Of a stretch of 64,000 nt of DNA, positions 30,939 to 42,100 are shown one piece after another. Source of the stretch: an uncultured Gammaproteobacteria bacterium. GTDB taxonomy: Bacteria > Pseudomonadota > Gammaproteobacteria > UBA9214. The DNA is taken from NCBI GenBank assembly GCA_963748215.1, contig CAVVHS010000005.1, positions 128,001 to 192,000 of the forward strand. Direction: 5' to 3'. How positions within the stretch are numbered: position 1 is the first letter of the stretch; each line of letters opens with the position of its first letter. The translations under genes and the position numbers were made by a program. The notes below the pieces were generated by a model. That model saw only the letters and a list, made by a program, of their open reading frames with translations. It did not search any database and had not been told where the DNA came from.

Positions 30939-31856
30939 AATACCAGACGTACAGCCATCTAGAATCCAGATCAATATAATAAAAGGCTGAAGAGTAAATG
31001 ATGCAGTAAAAAGAATCAGAGTCAATTACGTGGTTTTGGTTTTTCCTGGTTACTCTCCACAATACATTTTGACTAATCGACGCTTTTTCTCGAGATCCTG
31101 CCGTACCGCATGTGCGCCCGGCTGCTCAAGCTCTTCCAGCTCTACTCTATGCTTGGCACAGTATTCCGATCTGAGCCATTGCGTGCGCGCGAGCTCCTGC
31201 TCTTTTACATCACCTGGATGTTTGCAATTCGCTGCCTCTTTTTCAAGTACCTGCTCGATTGCAGAGGCGCGCAGTGCGTCGTCGAGATACTCGCGTTTGC
31301 CTTGATATGTGTCATATTTCCACTTGACGCGAAACTTGCCCTGCTCATCACGGTAAGCAGGTAGCTGCATCTCCTGAAGAACAGCGAGTTGCTGTCTTGC
31401 TTCAAGACAATGCTGTTCTTGAACTAACCGATTTTCATTCTCGGATTGTTCCACAGCTTCTTCCGCAGGCTCTTCAAGAGAACGCTGTTTCAACCTTTCT
31501 GTTTCCTCAATCGCATTATTCACCTCTACGGGGGATGGGCCTGGCTCAACATCGACTTCTTTTGTTGTGTGCTTATCGGCAGGGTTATCTGAATAATGGA
31601 CACGCCCTTCCTCATCCAGCCATTTGTAAATTGCACCGAGTGATATTCCAGCAATTGCCATGATGCAGATGATAAATATGACTTTCTTCATATGGCCATC
31701 TCGGCAATAACTTTAGCAGGCATTAACGAACCATTTAGCTTGCATATCGAGCTGGCGTGGGATTGAAACCTTGTTTTGAGTCGCACGATAGCACTCTACT
31801 GATTCAAGTTCGAATCATCATCTAATGTCGCATTTGGGTTGCCAGTTCAACCGATC
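30939..31856. repeat. 918-bp direct repeat, copy 1
   Basis: Matches 35577-36494 at constant offset 4638 with scattered substitutions. Confidence 0.95.
31050..31691 (-). CDS. DUF4124-domain exported protein (copy 1)
   Basis: Signal peptide then IYKWLDEEGRVHYSDNP; helical Cys-containing C-terminus. Confidence 0.87.
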   Translation of the reverse strand: MKKVIFIICIMAIAGISLGAIYKWLDEEGRVHYSDNPADKHTTKEVDVEPGPSPVEVNNAIEETERLKQRSLEEPAEEAVEQSENENRLVQEQHCLEARQQLAVLQEMQLPAYRDEQGKFRVKWKYDTYQGKREYLDDALRASAIEQVLEKEAANCKHPGDVKEQELARTQWLRSEYCAKHRVELEELEQPGAHAVRQDLEKKRRLVKMYCGE

Positions 31857-32190
31857 GACGCAACACATGCATTAAACCGCTCTGCTGGTGTTTCGTAATT
31901 CAGTGTCTTGCGTGGCCGCTCATCAAACTGACGCGCCACCGCATTTAGCTTTGCCTGCAAGTGTACTGACAAATCGGTGCCTTTGGGTGAATACTGTCTC
32001 AGCAAACCATTGGTGTTCTCATTCGAACCCCGCTGCCAGGGGCTCTGGGGATCGCAGAAGTACACCTTGATATCCGTCGCCACGGTGGTGCGCTCGTGAT
32101 CAGCCACTTCCTTGCCCCGGCCCCAGGTCAGTGACTTATAGAGTTCCCTTGTAACTTGTGGGCCTGCCTGATCAGGGTATTGATCACGGT
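31841..32190 (-). mobile_element. IS30-family transposase remnant (C-terminal part and right end)
   Basis: KSLTW.RGKE.ADH, VYFCDPQSPWQRGSNENTNGLLRQY.PKGTDLS and RPRKTLNYETPAERF; catalytic Asp degraded and 5' part missing. Confidence 0.9.
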
Positions 32191-32436
32191 AAGGTGTTGC
32201 CGTTCCAGGAAAGAAATAGGCGGCCAAATGGCCGCCGAAGTTTTAAATAATTGCAGCATGTGACTACAGGGATTCTCTCACTAAACTGTAGTCACAGTCA
32301 GGCTCGTCAATTGTACCTTTACCTTCGTCTTCTTTGGATTGCCCTGCATATATTGTTGTTGATAATGCAGAGATGAAAAATAATAAAACCACAAACAGTC
32401 TTGACGTTTTCATAACTACCTCCTGATCCCTGGTAT

Positions 32437-33063
32437 CTATTTCCGTGAATGATCAGATTTACCCGTAACTTGAACTTTACCTGATGCATTAATGGGAATT
32501 AGATAGCCCTCGTGGTTAGGTTCTGGATTTACAGAGTTGACCTGCGGCATCAGGCTGGCAAGCATGGGGTCGTCAGCAACAACGAATGCAAAGTTCTCCC
32601 ATTGCTCATCTGTGAAGGTTGTCATGACAAGACTCCTACACGATAGTTTTATCTCCAATACCTGGCGCTGTAATTCATGAATTTCCGACTGTAACGCAAG
32701 CAGGTGATCTTTAGATGTGCTCGGTGATAATGATTCAATGCGAAATTGAACCATCTTTTCGATGATTCCATTCATTAGATTAACCATGTTTGTGTAGTTC
32801 TCTTTTCGCCAGGCGCGGAAAGCATTAATCTGTTCATCAGTAAGCTGAAGAGTGTCCTGGTTGATCATGATGGTCGGAAGCAATGTCGGCATGAGTCCAG
32901 AGCGTTCCAGGAGAACAACCTTCTCCGTGACTTCTTTCCAGTCCTCAGCAGACAAAGGGTGCTCACTGTTGTGCTTTGCCTGTACAGCAGCAACTAGAAG
33001 GAAAAATGCGATAAAGATAACAGTACAAGCGCTGACTGCAGTCTGTAGAAGTGATTTCTTCAC
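32437..33063 (-). CDS. Hypothetical periplasmic helical protein (Spy/CpxP-like LTxxQ motifs)
   Basis: GGAGG RBS before GTG 33063; signal peptide; LQLTDEQ and FTDEQW motifs. Confidence 0.7.
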   Translation of the reverse strand: MKKSLLQTAVSACTVIFIAFFLLVAAVQAKHNSEHPLSAEDWKEVTEKVVLLERSGLMPTLLPTIMINQDTLQLTDEQINAFRAWRKENYTNMVNLMNGIIEKMVQFRIESLSPSTSKDHLLALQSEIHELQRQVLEIKLSCRSLVMTTFTDEQWENFAFVVADDPMLASLMPQVNSVNPEPNHEGYLIPINASGKVQVTGKSDHSRK

Positions 33064-33593
33064 GATAATACCTCCGTAGTTGCTCGTGTTTAAATTCCAG
33101 CTGTAAATGACTCCCTGTCGATCATTCAATTCATCTTTGATGCTTGGGTTCTTTACCGCTACTACTGGTCCGGTTTTCTATAGGAGCGATAAGAGAGGGG
33201 CAGTAGTAACAAGGTTAGCTTGTAAATATGATTAAACAAGGAAGTTATTTTTAAGTCGCGAGTAATAATATTTTGACATATACGGGGAAAAACCCGCATG
33301 AGTCAGACGTGTAGCACGAGCGGAGAATGTCTTAAAGGAGTCGGAACTAGACAATCTGTCTAATACATTTGTACTAGTTGATGCGTACTGCATTACTTCT
33401 GTGCGAATGTCTGCTTCGGGTCGGCTCGCGCCTTTTATCGTTACTCGACTTACAGCACCACTCTGCCTTATCTGAAGACTGGCCGTTGCATCCTGCCAGG
33501 CGTTGCCGCCAGGGTCTACTGTGCAGTTAGCTTCGACGGTGTTGCCACTAGCGCTGGCGCTGCCCGGGAACCTTCTGGGCATAGCGCCATCAA

Positions 33594-33833
33594 TCACGAG
33601 TATTCGGGTTCAATGGCTGCTACTGTGTCTTCACACGCCATCAAATATTTTTGGCATGACCCTGTTTCAGCTTGCGCTTGTCCAAGATCGCTGTTGCATA
33701 CCGCCAAGTCTGCTTTGCACTGGGGAAGCCCGCTTTTCGGGGGCGTGGGAAATGACGGTTTGGCCCACGCGAAGCTTGCCACGAGCAAGCTGGCAGCTGT
33801 GATAGTACAGACCGATAATAGTTTGTTTTTCAT
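33594..33833 (-). CDS. Short exported Cys-rich coiled-coil protein, probably a gene fragment
   Basis: Signal peptide MKNKLLSVCTITAASLLVASFAWA; heptad-spaced Cys (CKADLAVCNSDL). Confidence 0.45.
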   Translation of the reverse strand: MKNKLLSVCTITAASLLVASFAWAKPSFPTPPKSGLPQCKADLAVCNSDLGQAQAETGSCQKYLMACEDTVAAIEPEYS

Positions 33834-34179
33834 TGTTCACTCACCGCCATACATGCATCGTGACAGGGGAATATGAATAGTGGCGCGAAAACAGGAGCGC
33901 GGCGCGCAACAGCGTCCAATAGGTGTGATTTCTTCATGACGATTTCCCCCGTAAATCCATTATTTTTACAGCCAGAATATTATTTTCCTGGCTGATCGTG
34001 GCAGTGCTGTACAGCACTCACCGGAATTGATTTCTGCGGAAGCAAATAGAGAAAATAAAGCTAGCGCGTGAAGTGTTCGCAGCCTTGTCCGCCATGCGCA
34101 ACAAGACGGATAACAACGATGCCCGGGCTATCGCCCAGATCCGGCGCACTGGCTGGTACAGTCGAGCGCACATCAAGAG

Positions 34180-34460
34180 CATGGAAAGCCACTAAGCTTG
34201 CCGTAATCCTGCACAAGATGTGGGTCGATGGCACCGATTTTCAATACGGTTCTACGGACGCCGCATCATGAATAGCTGACGGCAATTCATAGTAAAACCC
34301 TGGCGGGAACGTCCCTCGTGTGGACGAATGTCTGGATGTAGCCGTAAATTGCAACTGCGTCTTAAGGCGCGACCAAAAGCATGGCTCTCCATTCTGTCCG
34401 ACTTATGCGTGCAGCGAGCCGAGATATCCATATGCAGTCGACTAATGTGCGGTGGACTTA
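34180..34460 (+). mobile_element. IS110-family remnant: transposase C-terminus plus downstream non-coding region
   Basis: ATKLAVILHKMWVDGTDFQY resembles the IS110 C-terminal ARKLAVILH.MW.DGT.F motif; followed by CGTCC...GGACG hairpin-containing non-coding DNA. Confidence 0.65.
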
Positions 34461-34621
34461 ATACGCAAGCACCTGCGTCTGCAAACGAACCGATCCTGGC
34501 AAAGCGGGTGCTGCTGTCCATGAGGTGAACTTCTTCCTTGGTGCTGTTCGGATCAGGCCTTACAAAACAGCTCAGCGTGTATGATACCCAGAGAACCGGT
34601 GTGTCAGTTCGCTCCCTGCAT

Positions 34622-35221
34622 TCATGGGCGGATGGTGCGGCGCTGGATACCGTCTACCGTGAAGCCCCAGATACCTGCTGCTTGTGCCCGCGCGATCTTT
34701 TCCAGTGCCTGGTATTCAAACGGTGCATCCGGCAGGGCCAGTGCCCAGCCTTGCTGGATGAGATAGGCCGCCAGGTCATCCCCTTCGGAAAAACTGGTAC
34801 GATTGGTGTAGCAGACTGCAGTAACACTACGGTCGCGATTGATATGCTTTTGCTTGCAGTGCACGAAGCCCTGGATCTTGAAATCGAGTGCGAGGGTTGC
34901 ACGCGATCCACAGACGGGAGGAGTGAAAAAGGTACGACAATGATTGCCGGTGGAGGGTATGTAGATACCATACAGCTGAACCTTGCGGTTACCCACCCGC
35001 AGTGAACCATCATCATAGACAGATGCATAACTGGTAAATTCACCGGCCGAGACGTTGGACATTGCTGAAATCATCATAGATGTCGCTACACAAATGAGAG
35101 CACTCCGCCAAGGTGTAAATCTGCGAATGATGTCGTGATAATGTACAGACCTTGCCGCAGTAGCCTCAAGCCGTGGGTACGGTCGTTGATCTGTGATTGC
35201 TTTCTGCAGGACTTGCTCCAT
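34622..35221 (-). CDS. Thermonuclease (SNase)-like exported protein; start uncertain
   Basis: V.DDGSL.VG..KVQLYGI, C....CG.RA..AL, VHC, AVCY, DLAAYLIQQGWALA and EKIARAQAAGIWG. Confidence 0.82.
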   Translation of the reverse strand: MEQVLQKAITDQRPYPRLEATAARSVHYHDIIRRFTPWRSALICVATSMMISAMSNVSAGEFTSYASVYDDGSLRVGNRKVQLYGIYIPSTGNHCRTFFTPPVCGSRATLALDFKIQGFVHCKQKHINRDRSVTAVCYTNRTSFSEGDDLAAYLIQQGWALALPDAPFEYQALEKIARAQAAGIWGFTVDGIQRRTIRP

Positions 35222-35576
35222 GACAGTCTCCAGTGACCAGCTATTCGTACATCAAAATGAACAAGGACTTTCTGACGATTACCGGTAACCCTGATTTTGA
35301 CATTGAAATTCTGAACGGGTTCCAGTCAGGCACTTCTGTGTGTTGATTGCATTTTTGGCGGACTGCTTGTTCCTGATGCACCAGCTGCTCCCGACTTACT
35401 GCGCAGTGTGGAATTTTTCAACGCATTCCTGATGATAGAGCGGTTGTTTCAAATAGGTAGATTTCAGAAATGAAGTGGTTGTTTGTATAAACGGCGACTA
35501 AACGTTCGGAGTGGGTCGTTCTAAGTCATCCGAGTAATTAAATCAGGTATTCCCCTTGCTACTTCCGAGTACAGCT

Positions 35577-36494
35577 AATACCAGACATACAGCCATCTAG
35601 AATCCAGATCAATATAATAAAAGGCTGAAGAGTAAATGACGCAGTAAAAATAATCAGAGTCAATTACGTGGTTTTGGTTTTTCCTGGTTACTCTCCACAA
35701 TACATTTTGACTAATCGACGCTTTTTCTCGAGATCCTGCCGTACCGCATGTGCGCCCGGCTGCTCAAGCTCTTCCAGCTCTACTCTATGCTTGGCACAGT
35801 ATTCCGATCTGAGCCATTGCGTGCGCGCGAGCTCCTGCTCTTTTACATCACCTGGATGTTTGCAATTCGCTGCCTCTTTTTCAAGTACCTGCTCGATTGC
35901 AGAGGCGCGCAGTGCGTCGTCGAGATACTCGCGTTTGCCTTGATATGTGTCATATTTCCACTTGACGCGAAACTTGCCCTGCTCATCACGGTAAGCAGGT
36001 AGCTGCATCTCCTGAAGAACAGCGAGTTGCAGTCCTGCTTCAAGACAATGCTGTTCTTGAACTAACCGATTTTCATTCTCGGATTGTTCCACAGCTTCTT
36101 TCGCAGGCTCTTCAAGAGAACGCTGTTTCAACCTTTCTGTTTCCTCAATCGCATTATTCACCTCTACGGGGGATAGGCCTGGCTCCACATCGACTTCTCT
36201 TGTTGTGTGCTTATCGGCAGGGTTATCTGAATAATGGACACGCCCTTCCTCATCCAGCCATTTGTAAATTGCACCGAGTGATATTCCAGCAATTGCCATG
36301 ATGCAGATGATAAATATGACTTTCTTCATATGGCCATCTCGGCAATAACTTTAGCAGGCATTAACGAACCATTTAGCTTGCATATCGAGCTGGCGTGGGA
36401 TTGAAACCTTGTTTTGAGTCGCACGATAACACTCTACTGATTCAGGTTCGAATCATCATCTAATGTTGCATTTGGGTTGCCAGTTCAACCGATC
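35577..36494. repeat. 918-bp direct repeat, copy 2
   Basis: Matches 30939-31856. Confidence 0.95.
35688..36329 (-). CDS. DUF4124-domain exported protein (copy 2)
   Basis: 213 aa, differing from copy 1 at a handful of residues (K/R, P/L, E/K, RQ/GL). Confidence 0.87.
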   Translation of the reverse strand: MKKVIFIICIMAIAGISLGAIYKWLDEEGRVHYSDNPADKHTTREVDVEPGLSPVEVNNAIEETERLKQRSLEEPAKEAVEQSENENRLVQEQHCLEAGLQLAVLQEMQLPAYRDEQGKFRVKWKYDTYQGKREYLDDALRASAIEQVLEKEAANCKHPGDVKEQELARTQWLRSEYCAKHRVELEELEQPGAHAVRQDLEKKRRLVKMYCGE

Positions 36495-36804
36495 CGAAGA
36501 GAAAGCTGGCTAAACATACTGAACCGGCCACAACTTGCCCTTCCCGGATTGACCCGCGAAGGGTAACCATGCACGCAGAAACAGACATCAGAAATGTCAA
36601 ACATCAACGGTTGGTGAAAGGGGTGCACATATTTGCTTTGGATTAATTTGCGAAACATCTGCAATCCGCCGAATGCACCGGTCAGGCACATTCTGATACA
36701 TCGTCAATCGAACAGTTCCATAAGCTTATACTCGTACGTCTTGCAGCAGTGGCTTCGCCCCGTTTGATCTGGCCAGCCCCCTCAACCACTCTTTACCGAT
36801 CAGC

Positions 36805-38301
36805 CTACTTTAGTAGCATTTGTATATGAAATGTAGTGCCCACATTGATATCGGAGGTCACCGCCATATGCCCCTGATGCTGCTCGGTAATAATAAAGTA
36901 CGCAAATGACAGTCGCTTGCCTGCATCGTAACCGACTTCAGGTGTATCTTTTCTGACGAACGGTTCGAACAAATACGATTGCTCTTCATTAGTTAATCCA
37001 ACACCGTTATGCTGGATTCTTATCCAGAAACTGCCATAACTTACATTCATTTGAATCTTGATGATTGGCTTATGATCGGGGTCATTCACCCGGCCGAGAG
37101 CATCATAGGCATGACGAAACAAACTGAGAAAAGCCTGCTGCAACTCAGTCACATAACAGGGTATCAATGGCATATCTTTTTCATAGTTTCTTTCGATCTG
37201 TATGTCTATGAACTTGAGTCTCGACGGATCCGATAACACGTCACCAGCCAATTCCAGGGTATGCTCCATAACGTCGACGATATTGGAAAGTTGTTTTCTG
37301 TCACTGCGCCCGCGGGCGAATTCCTGCAAATTATGGACAATTGATGCCACTTTTTCGCCTTTCTCATAGGCGTGTGATAACAAACTATCGAGCTTTTCAG
37401 GCACACCATTGCTCTTGATTTCATTCGTATACTGTCTGCTGTCAGAAAGTAAATACTGAAAGCTTCTCAAGTCTAATAGAATTGACTGGAGCGGCATGTT
37501 GATATCATGGGCCATTGACGACGCCAGTTCACCCATGGATGTAATTTTGTCATTTTGAATCAGCATGTTTTCGGCGAGTATTTTCTTGGTCACGTCATCA
37601 ATCAGGATTACTACACCGGTTTCAGCCTGGTCCTGAAGTGGATAGATGGTGATATCAAAATAGTATTGACCGCGCTGACTGTGTTTGATGGTGATTGTTT
37701 CAACCTTTTCCATAGCTTCGCTAACCTGACCGGGCGACACAGTAATTATCGGGTAGGCATCCCACAGATTTTTATCCAGAACATCTTCTGCTTTTAAGCC
37801 GGTAATATCTTCAGCCCGCTTGTTCCACTGGGTGATCTGTCCATCCTTATTTACGCCAACCAGCATCAGCGGCATGGATCTCAGAATATCCTTTATATAA
37901 GACTCTGAAGCACGCAGTCTGGATGCAGTACTCACGTGCTTGGCTATCTCATTTTCGAGCAGTTTATTGGTTTTTTTCAGTAAACGATTTGACTCATCCA
38001 GCGTGGCTGTGCGTTCCTGCACACGCAACTCAAGTCCATTACGAATCTCCTTCAGTTCCTGATTGGATTTACGGACTTTCCGCCGCGTGAAGAAAAGATT
38101 TATAACTACTATCGTCAATAAAAGGATCAAAATAGAGCCGGACCAGTTGGCGACATGCTGCCAGTTTGTTGAACCATCCGGATACTTGAATTGCATTTTC
38201 AAGCCAGCATATAAAGGCTGGCTTTGCAGAAATATCGATATAAACAAGAGGTATCTCATCATTTTTAGCAACAGCATCTTCTTGCCCGATAACAGCCGCA
38301 C
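36805..38301 (-). CDS. PAS-domain sensor histidine kinase with degenerate ATPase motifs; start uncertain
   Basis: TM, coiled coil, PAS (ITQWNKRAEDITG), H-box GELASSMAHDINMPL, F-box LFEPF and GTTFHIQM. Confidence 0.87.
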   Translation of the reverse strand: MRLLSGKKMLLLKMMRYLLFISIFLQSQPLYAGLKMQFKYPDGSTNWQHVANWSGSILILLLTIVVINLFFTRRKVRKSNQELKEIRNGLELRVQERTATLDESNRLLKKTNKLLENEIAKHVSTASRLRASESYIKDILRSMPLMLVGVNKDGQITQWNKRAEDITGLKAEDVLDKNLWDAYPIITVSPGQVSEAMEKVETITIKHSQRGQYYFDITIYPLQDQAETGVVILIDDVTKKILAENMLIQNDKITSMGELASSMAHDINMPLQSILLDLRSFQYLLSDSRQYTNEIKSNGVPEKLDSLLSHAYEKGEKVASIVHNLQEFARGRSDRKQLSNIVDVMEHTLELAGDVLSDPSRLKFIDIQIERNYEKDMPLIPCYVTELQQAFLSLFRHAYDALGRVNDPDHKPIIKIQMNVSYGSFWIRIQHNGVGLTNEEQSYLFEPFVRKDTPEVGYDAGKRLSFAYFIITEQHQGHMAVTSDINVGTTFHIQMLLK

Positions 38302-38467
38302 AGGTATTCATGGATTGATAGAATCTTTCCCGCAACTTGAAAATAACCCAATAAACTGATTAGCGCTATCCAGTGATTCAGGCCGCGGTCCCCGAAGTAG
38401 TGAAATAGCCTTCTAACTGACCATAATTGTTAAATCCCGACAGATCTACAAACAAGAAATAATACAG

Positions 38468-38821
38468 GGAAACTCTGATTCATCCGTCATTCCGGGCGAA
38501 CCCCGGACCTGATCCGGGGGGGGAAGCCCGGAATCCAGGTGTCACAGTTAAGGCCGTTACTGGATTCCGGCCTCGGCTTTTGGCTTCCTGCGACGCTCTC
38601 GGCTCTGGCATGGCCCAGGCCAGTCTCTCGATCGCTGCGCGATCTCACCTTCTCCTGTTTCGCCCTACCGAGTCCATCCATGGACTACTACCTCCTCGGT
38701 TACTGCTCCATGCGTCGCCTGGTGGCGCGTACTTTTGGTACTCTACCTCCTACATCCATGTAATCGTGCCTCCATGCAATCGTGCGCCGGAATGACGAGC
38801 ATTGAGTTAATCAGAGCCTCC
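38468..38821. mobile_element. Composite MITE (copy 2)
   Basis: GGAAACTCTGATTCA...TTAATCAGAGCCTCC; collinear with 14647-14996. Confidence 0.85.
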
Positions 38822-38904
38822 ACCGGTTATAAGGTAGCAGTTTCCTGCCTGCATCGGTTCTTTGTGTTGTAAACAGGAAATGCCTCTCGGCCTTTGTTCC
38901 ATTA

Positions 38905-39047
38905 TCGACAAGCAAGGCAATCTCGCCATGACGGAATCAGTCAGCTGGAGATTGTTTCGTGACTGCGCTCCTCGGTAACTGCTCCATGCGTTTCTCTACC
39001 TCCTACATCCCTGTAGTCGTCGCAATGCCGACTTAATCAGAGGTTCC
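38905..39047. repeat. Partial related MITE/REP
   Basis: GGCAATCTC...GAGATTG, shared CTCCTCGGTAACTGCTCCATGCGT...CTACCTCCTACATCC module and right end TTAATCAGAGGTTCC. Confidence 0.7.
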
Positions 39048-39139
39048 TGAAAAGTATTTATCAACGTTACCGGTTTGAAATGGACACAAGCTTTCCGCTC
39101 CGGCTGGTGCTGCCTGCGGCGGTGAATCCTGAAAACCTC

Positions 39140-42100
39140 CTACTTGCGCCGTTCGATTTCATAGATCAGGTCCGCAGCGGATTCCAGCGCCGAGGCCGAG
39201 CCGACCAGCTTCCAGCGGCTCGACAGGGCATAGCGCAGACTCAGCGTCGAGACCGGTTCGAACAGGCCAATGCCGTAGCTGACGAACAGTTCCGGTGTCA
39301 GGTACTTGCCGACCAGCAGCGAGGCCTGGGTCACGCCTTCGCCGGGATTGCTGCCGAGCGTTACCTCGTCGAACCCCAGCTCCTCACCCAGCTTCTTGCC
39401 GATCGACTCGCCGCCACTCATTCCCAGCATCAATGCCGCCGTCTGCATGGCGGAACGCTGGCTGTCGGAGGCCCCGCCCTGCAGCGGCCGCCCCAGCACC
39501 AGCCAGGACAGTTGCTGGGACTGCGGCATGGCTGGCTCGGAGAACACCGTGAATTTGGGCGCACGCAACTGGCCGCGCGCCCGGACGCCGACCAGCACGT
39601 CGGGCGCGGGCTTGCGCACGGCCTCGATGTCCAGCCCCGGCTCTGTCACCGCTCCACCCGAAAACAACAGGCGGCCGGTGCGGATAGCCAGCTGCTGGCC
39701 ATAGGCCTCGTAGCGCCCGTCGCTGATCGACAGTTCGCCGCTGGCCGTGGCCGGCTGCACGGGCAGATCGATCACCTGCACGTCGCCGTGCAACTTGCCG
39801 CTCAGCCCGAGGCCTTCGATGTCGACGGCGTCTCCCAGCACGATGCGCACGCGGGCGGTGACGGGATAACGCGCCTGTGTTGCGTCCTGCCCGCCCTCCT
39901 CGACAATCACCTGGTCGGGTGACACGCCGACCGCCGAGGGCGGCGGACTGCGCGGTCGCAACTGCGCGCTCGGGATATCGATGCGGCCGGTGATACTGGC
40001 CTGCTCACTGTCCACGGCCAGCTGCAGATCGGGTGTGGTGAAGACCCTGGCCTCCGGCGTGTTCACGACCTGGAATTTCTCGCCGCGCACGGCCAGGGTC
40101 GCCGTACGCTCGACGGGATTGGCGAAACCGTCGATCTGCAGGGTACCGCCGCCGGAACGCGCCGACGCCGTGATGCGGATATCGCCGGCCGGCTGTCCGG
40201 CAAGCTCGACACCCACATCCTGCAGCTCCAGACCCGGCGTTACCAGGGCCGCCGCCCCCTCGCTCAGCGCCAGCCGGCCCTGCAGGCGCGGCGCCGCCGG
40301 CGTCCCTTCGATCTGCATGCGACCGTCGATGCGCCCGTGCAGCTCCCTCACCTCGGGGGTCCAGCGCGACAGCAGGCCGATATCCGGCCAGTCGAGCGAC
40401 AGCTCGCCCAGCAAGCTGCCCTGCAGCCAGCCACCGGCGGCGGGTATCGCCAGGTCGGCGCTGGCATGCACGCCGCCCGGGCTGTCCGCCAACGGCAGGT
40501 CGACCGACAATGTCGCCTTGTTGCGCGCCAGGCTGAATGCCGCCCGGGCGGGCGCGAAGCTGAACTGTTGTTCCTGGCCGGCCTCATCCTGCGGCAGGTC
40601 GAGCTGTATCGGCGTGCTGTCGAGCTGCATCGCAAGCGTTGTGGACTGTCCGGCCAGCCTGCCGAACTCGCCACGCCCGCTCAGGTCACCCTGCAGCTTG
40701 ACGCGCTCGGGTAACAGCCCGGAAAAGTAAGCCAGCGGCAGCGCGGCCAGCGTGAAGTCGCCGGCAAATTCCTGCGCACCGCCCTCGAAGCGACCGCAGG
40801 CGCGTGCCTGCGTACTGCTCCAGCAATGTTCCGGCAGCCGCAGGCGGGTACCCGACAGCTCGCCGGCTACCGGCTGCACCAGCTGCCAGGGCGCCAGCGG
40901 CGACCGGGCCAGGACGGCGTGCCGCAGGTCGAACTGCCAGGCCGCGCCATCCCAGCGGCCGTTCACATCGATCTCTGCATTGCCCTGGTCAGTCTCTGCC
41001 GCCAGGCTGACGTGGTGTTGCGCGGTCGTGCCCTCGCCCGTCACGCTCGCCTTCATGACCACCACGCCGGGCACCCGCACATCGGCGAGCGTTGCCTTGA
41101 GCCGGGATGGCTGGCCGGCAGCCAGGTTGAGCACGCCGTCGACATCGAGCACGCCCAGCCGGTAGTCCTGAAACGCGAGCCCGGCGCCGCTGGCACGGAC
41201 GTTGAGCGCCGGTTCCGGCAGCTTGCCCTTGAGCGTGCCGCCGCCGTCAAGGCGGCCACTGGCCTGCGGTACGAGATCGCCCAGGCGCGGCGCGCTGATA
41301 CGCCATTCGAGGTCAAAGAGGCTGCCGACCTGACCACTCGCCTCGATGTGCGACTTGCCCCCTGACAGGCGCGCCTGTTCGATCTGCCAGCTGTCCGGCG
41401 TCGCACCACTGCGAGCACGCAGCAACAGGTCGCCCGCCAGTACCTCGAGCACCTTCAGGTCACCCGAGGCATCGAGCCGGTACGCATCCGCTGTGCCCGC
41501 CAGAGTGAAACGGCCCTGCTGGCTGGCATATTCCGGCGTCCCCGTCAGCGGCCAGGCCAGCGCCTGCCACTGCGCCTCGAAATCGAACACCGGCTGCGCA
41601 CCGAAGCCGATGCGGCCCTGCGCGTCCAGCCGGGTCGGTTGCTCTTGCGCGGCCAGTTGCAGCCTGTCGACCTGCAATGCATCCGGCAGCAGCTGGCCCG
41701 CGAATACCAGCTGCAGCGCGCCGGCCAGCGGGTCCTGCACGTCCAGCGCGCCGTCGAGCTGCAGCGCATCGGTCGGACCCTGCGCGGTGAGCGTACCCGC
41801 CAGGCGCATGCCGGGCCACGCCGCGTTGATGGCCGCCAGGTCGCTGTCCTGCAGGGTGGCAGTGGCGTCGAGCCGCAGCACGTCCAGCGGCTCGTGCAGC
41901 GTCAGGTCGAGCAGCAACGCATAGGGGGCGGCGGCCGTCAGCTCGACATGCAGCGCGCGCAGACTGCCGGAGACAGCGGCCTGCGCGGCAAGCGGTGCGT
42001 AATCCGGCAACTCGGCCTGCCAGCTCACCTCTCCCGAGACCGGGAAATCATCCTGCGTCTGCAGTCCCAGTGCGCCGTCAACGGCAACCGCGGCATGTCG

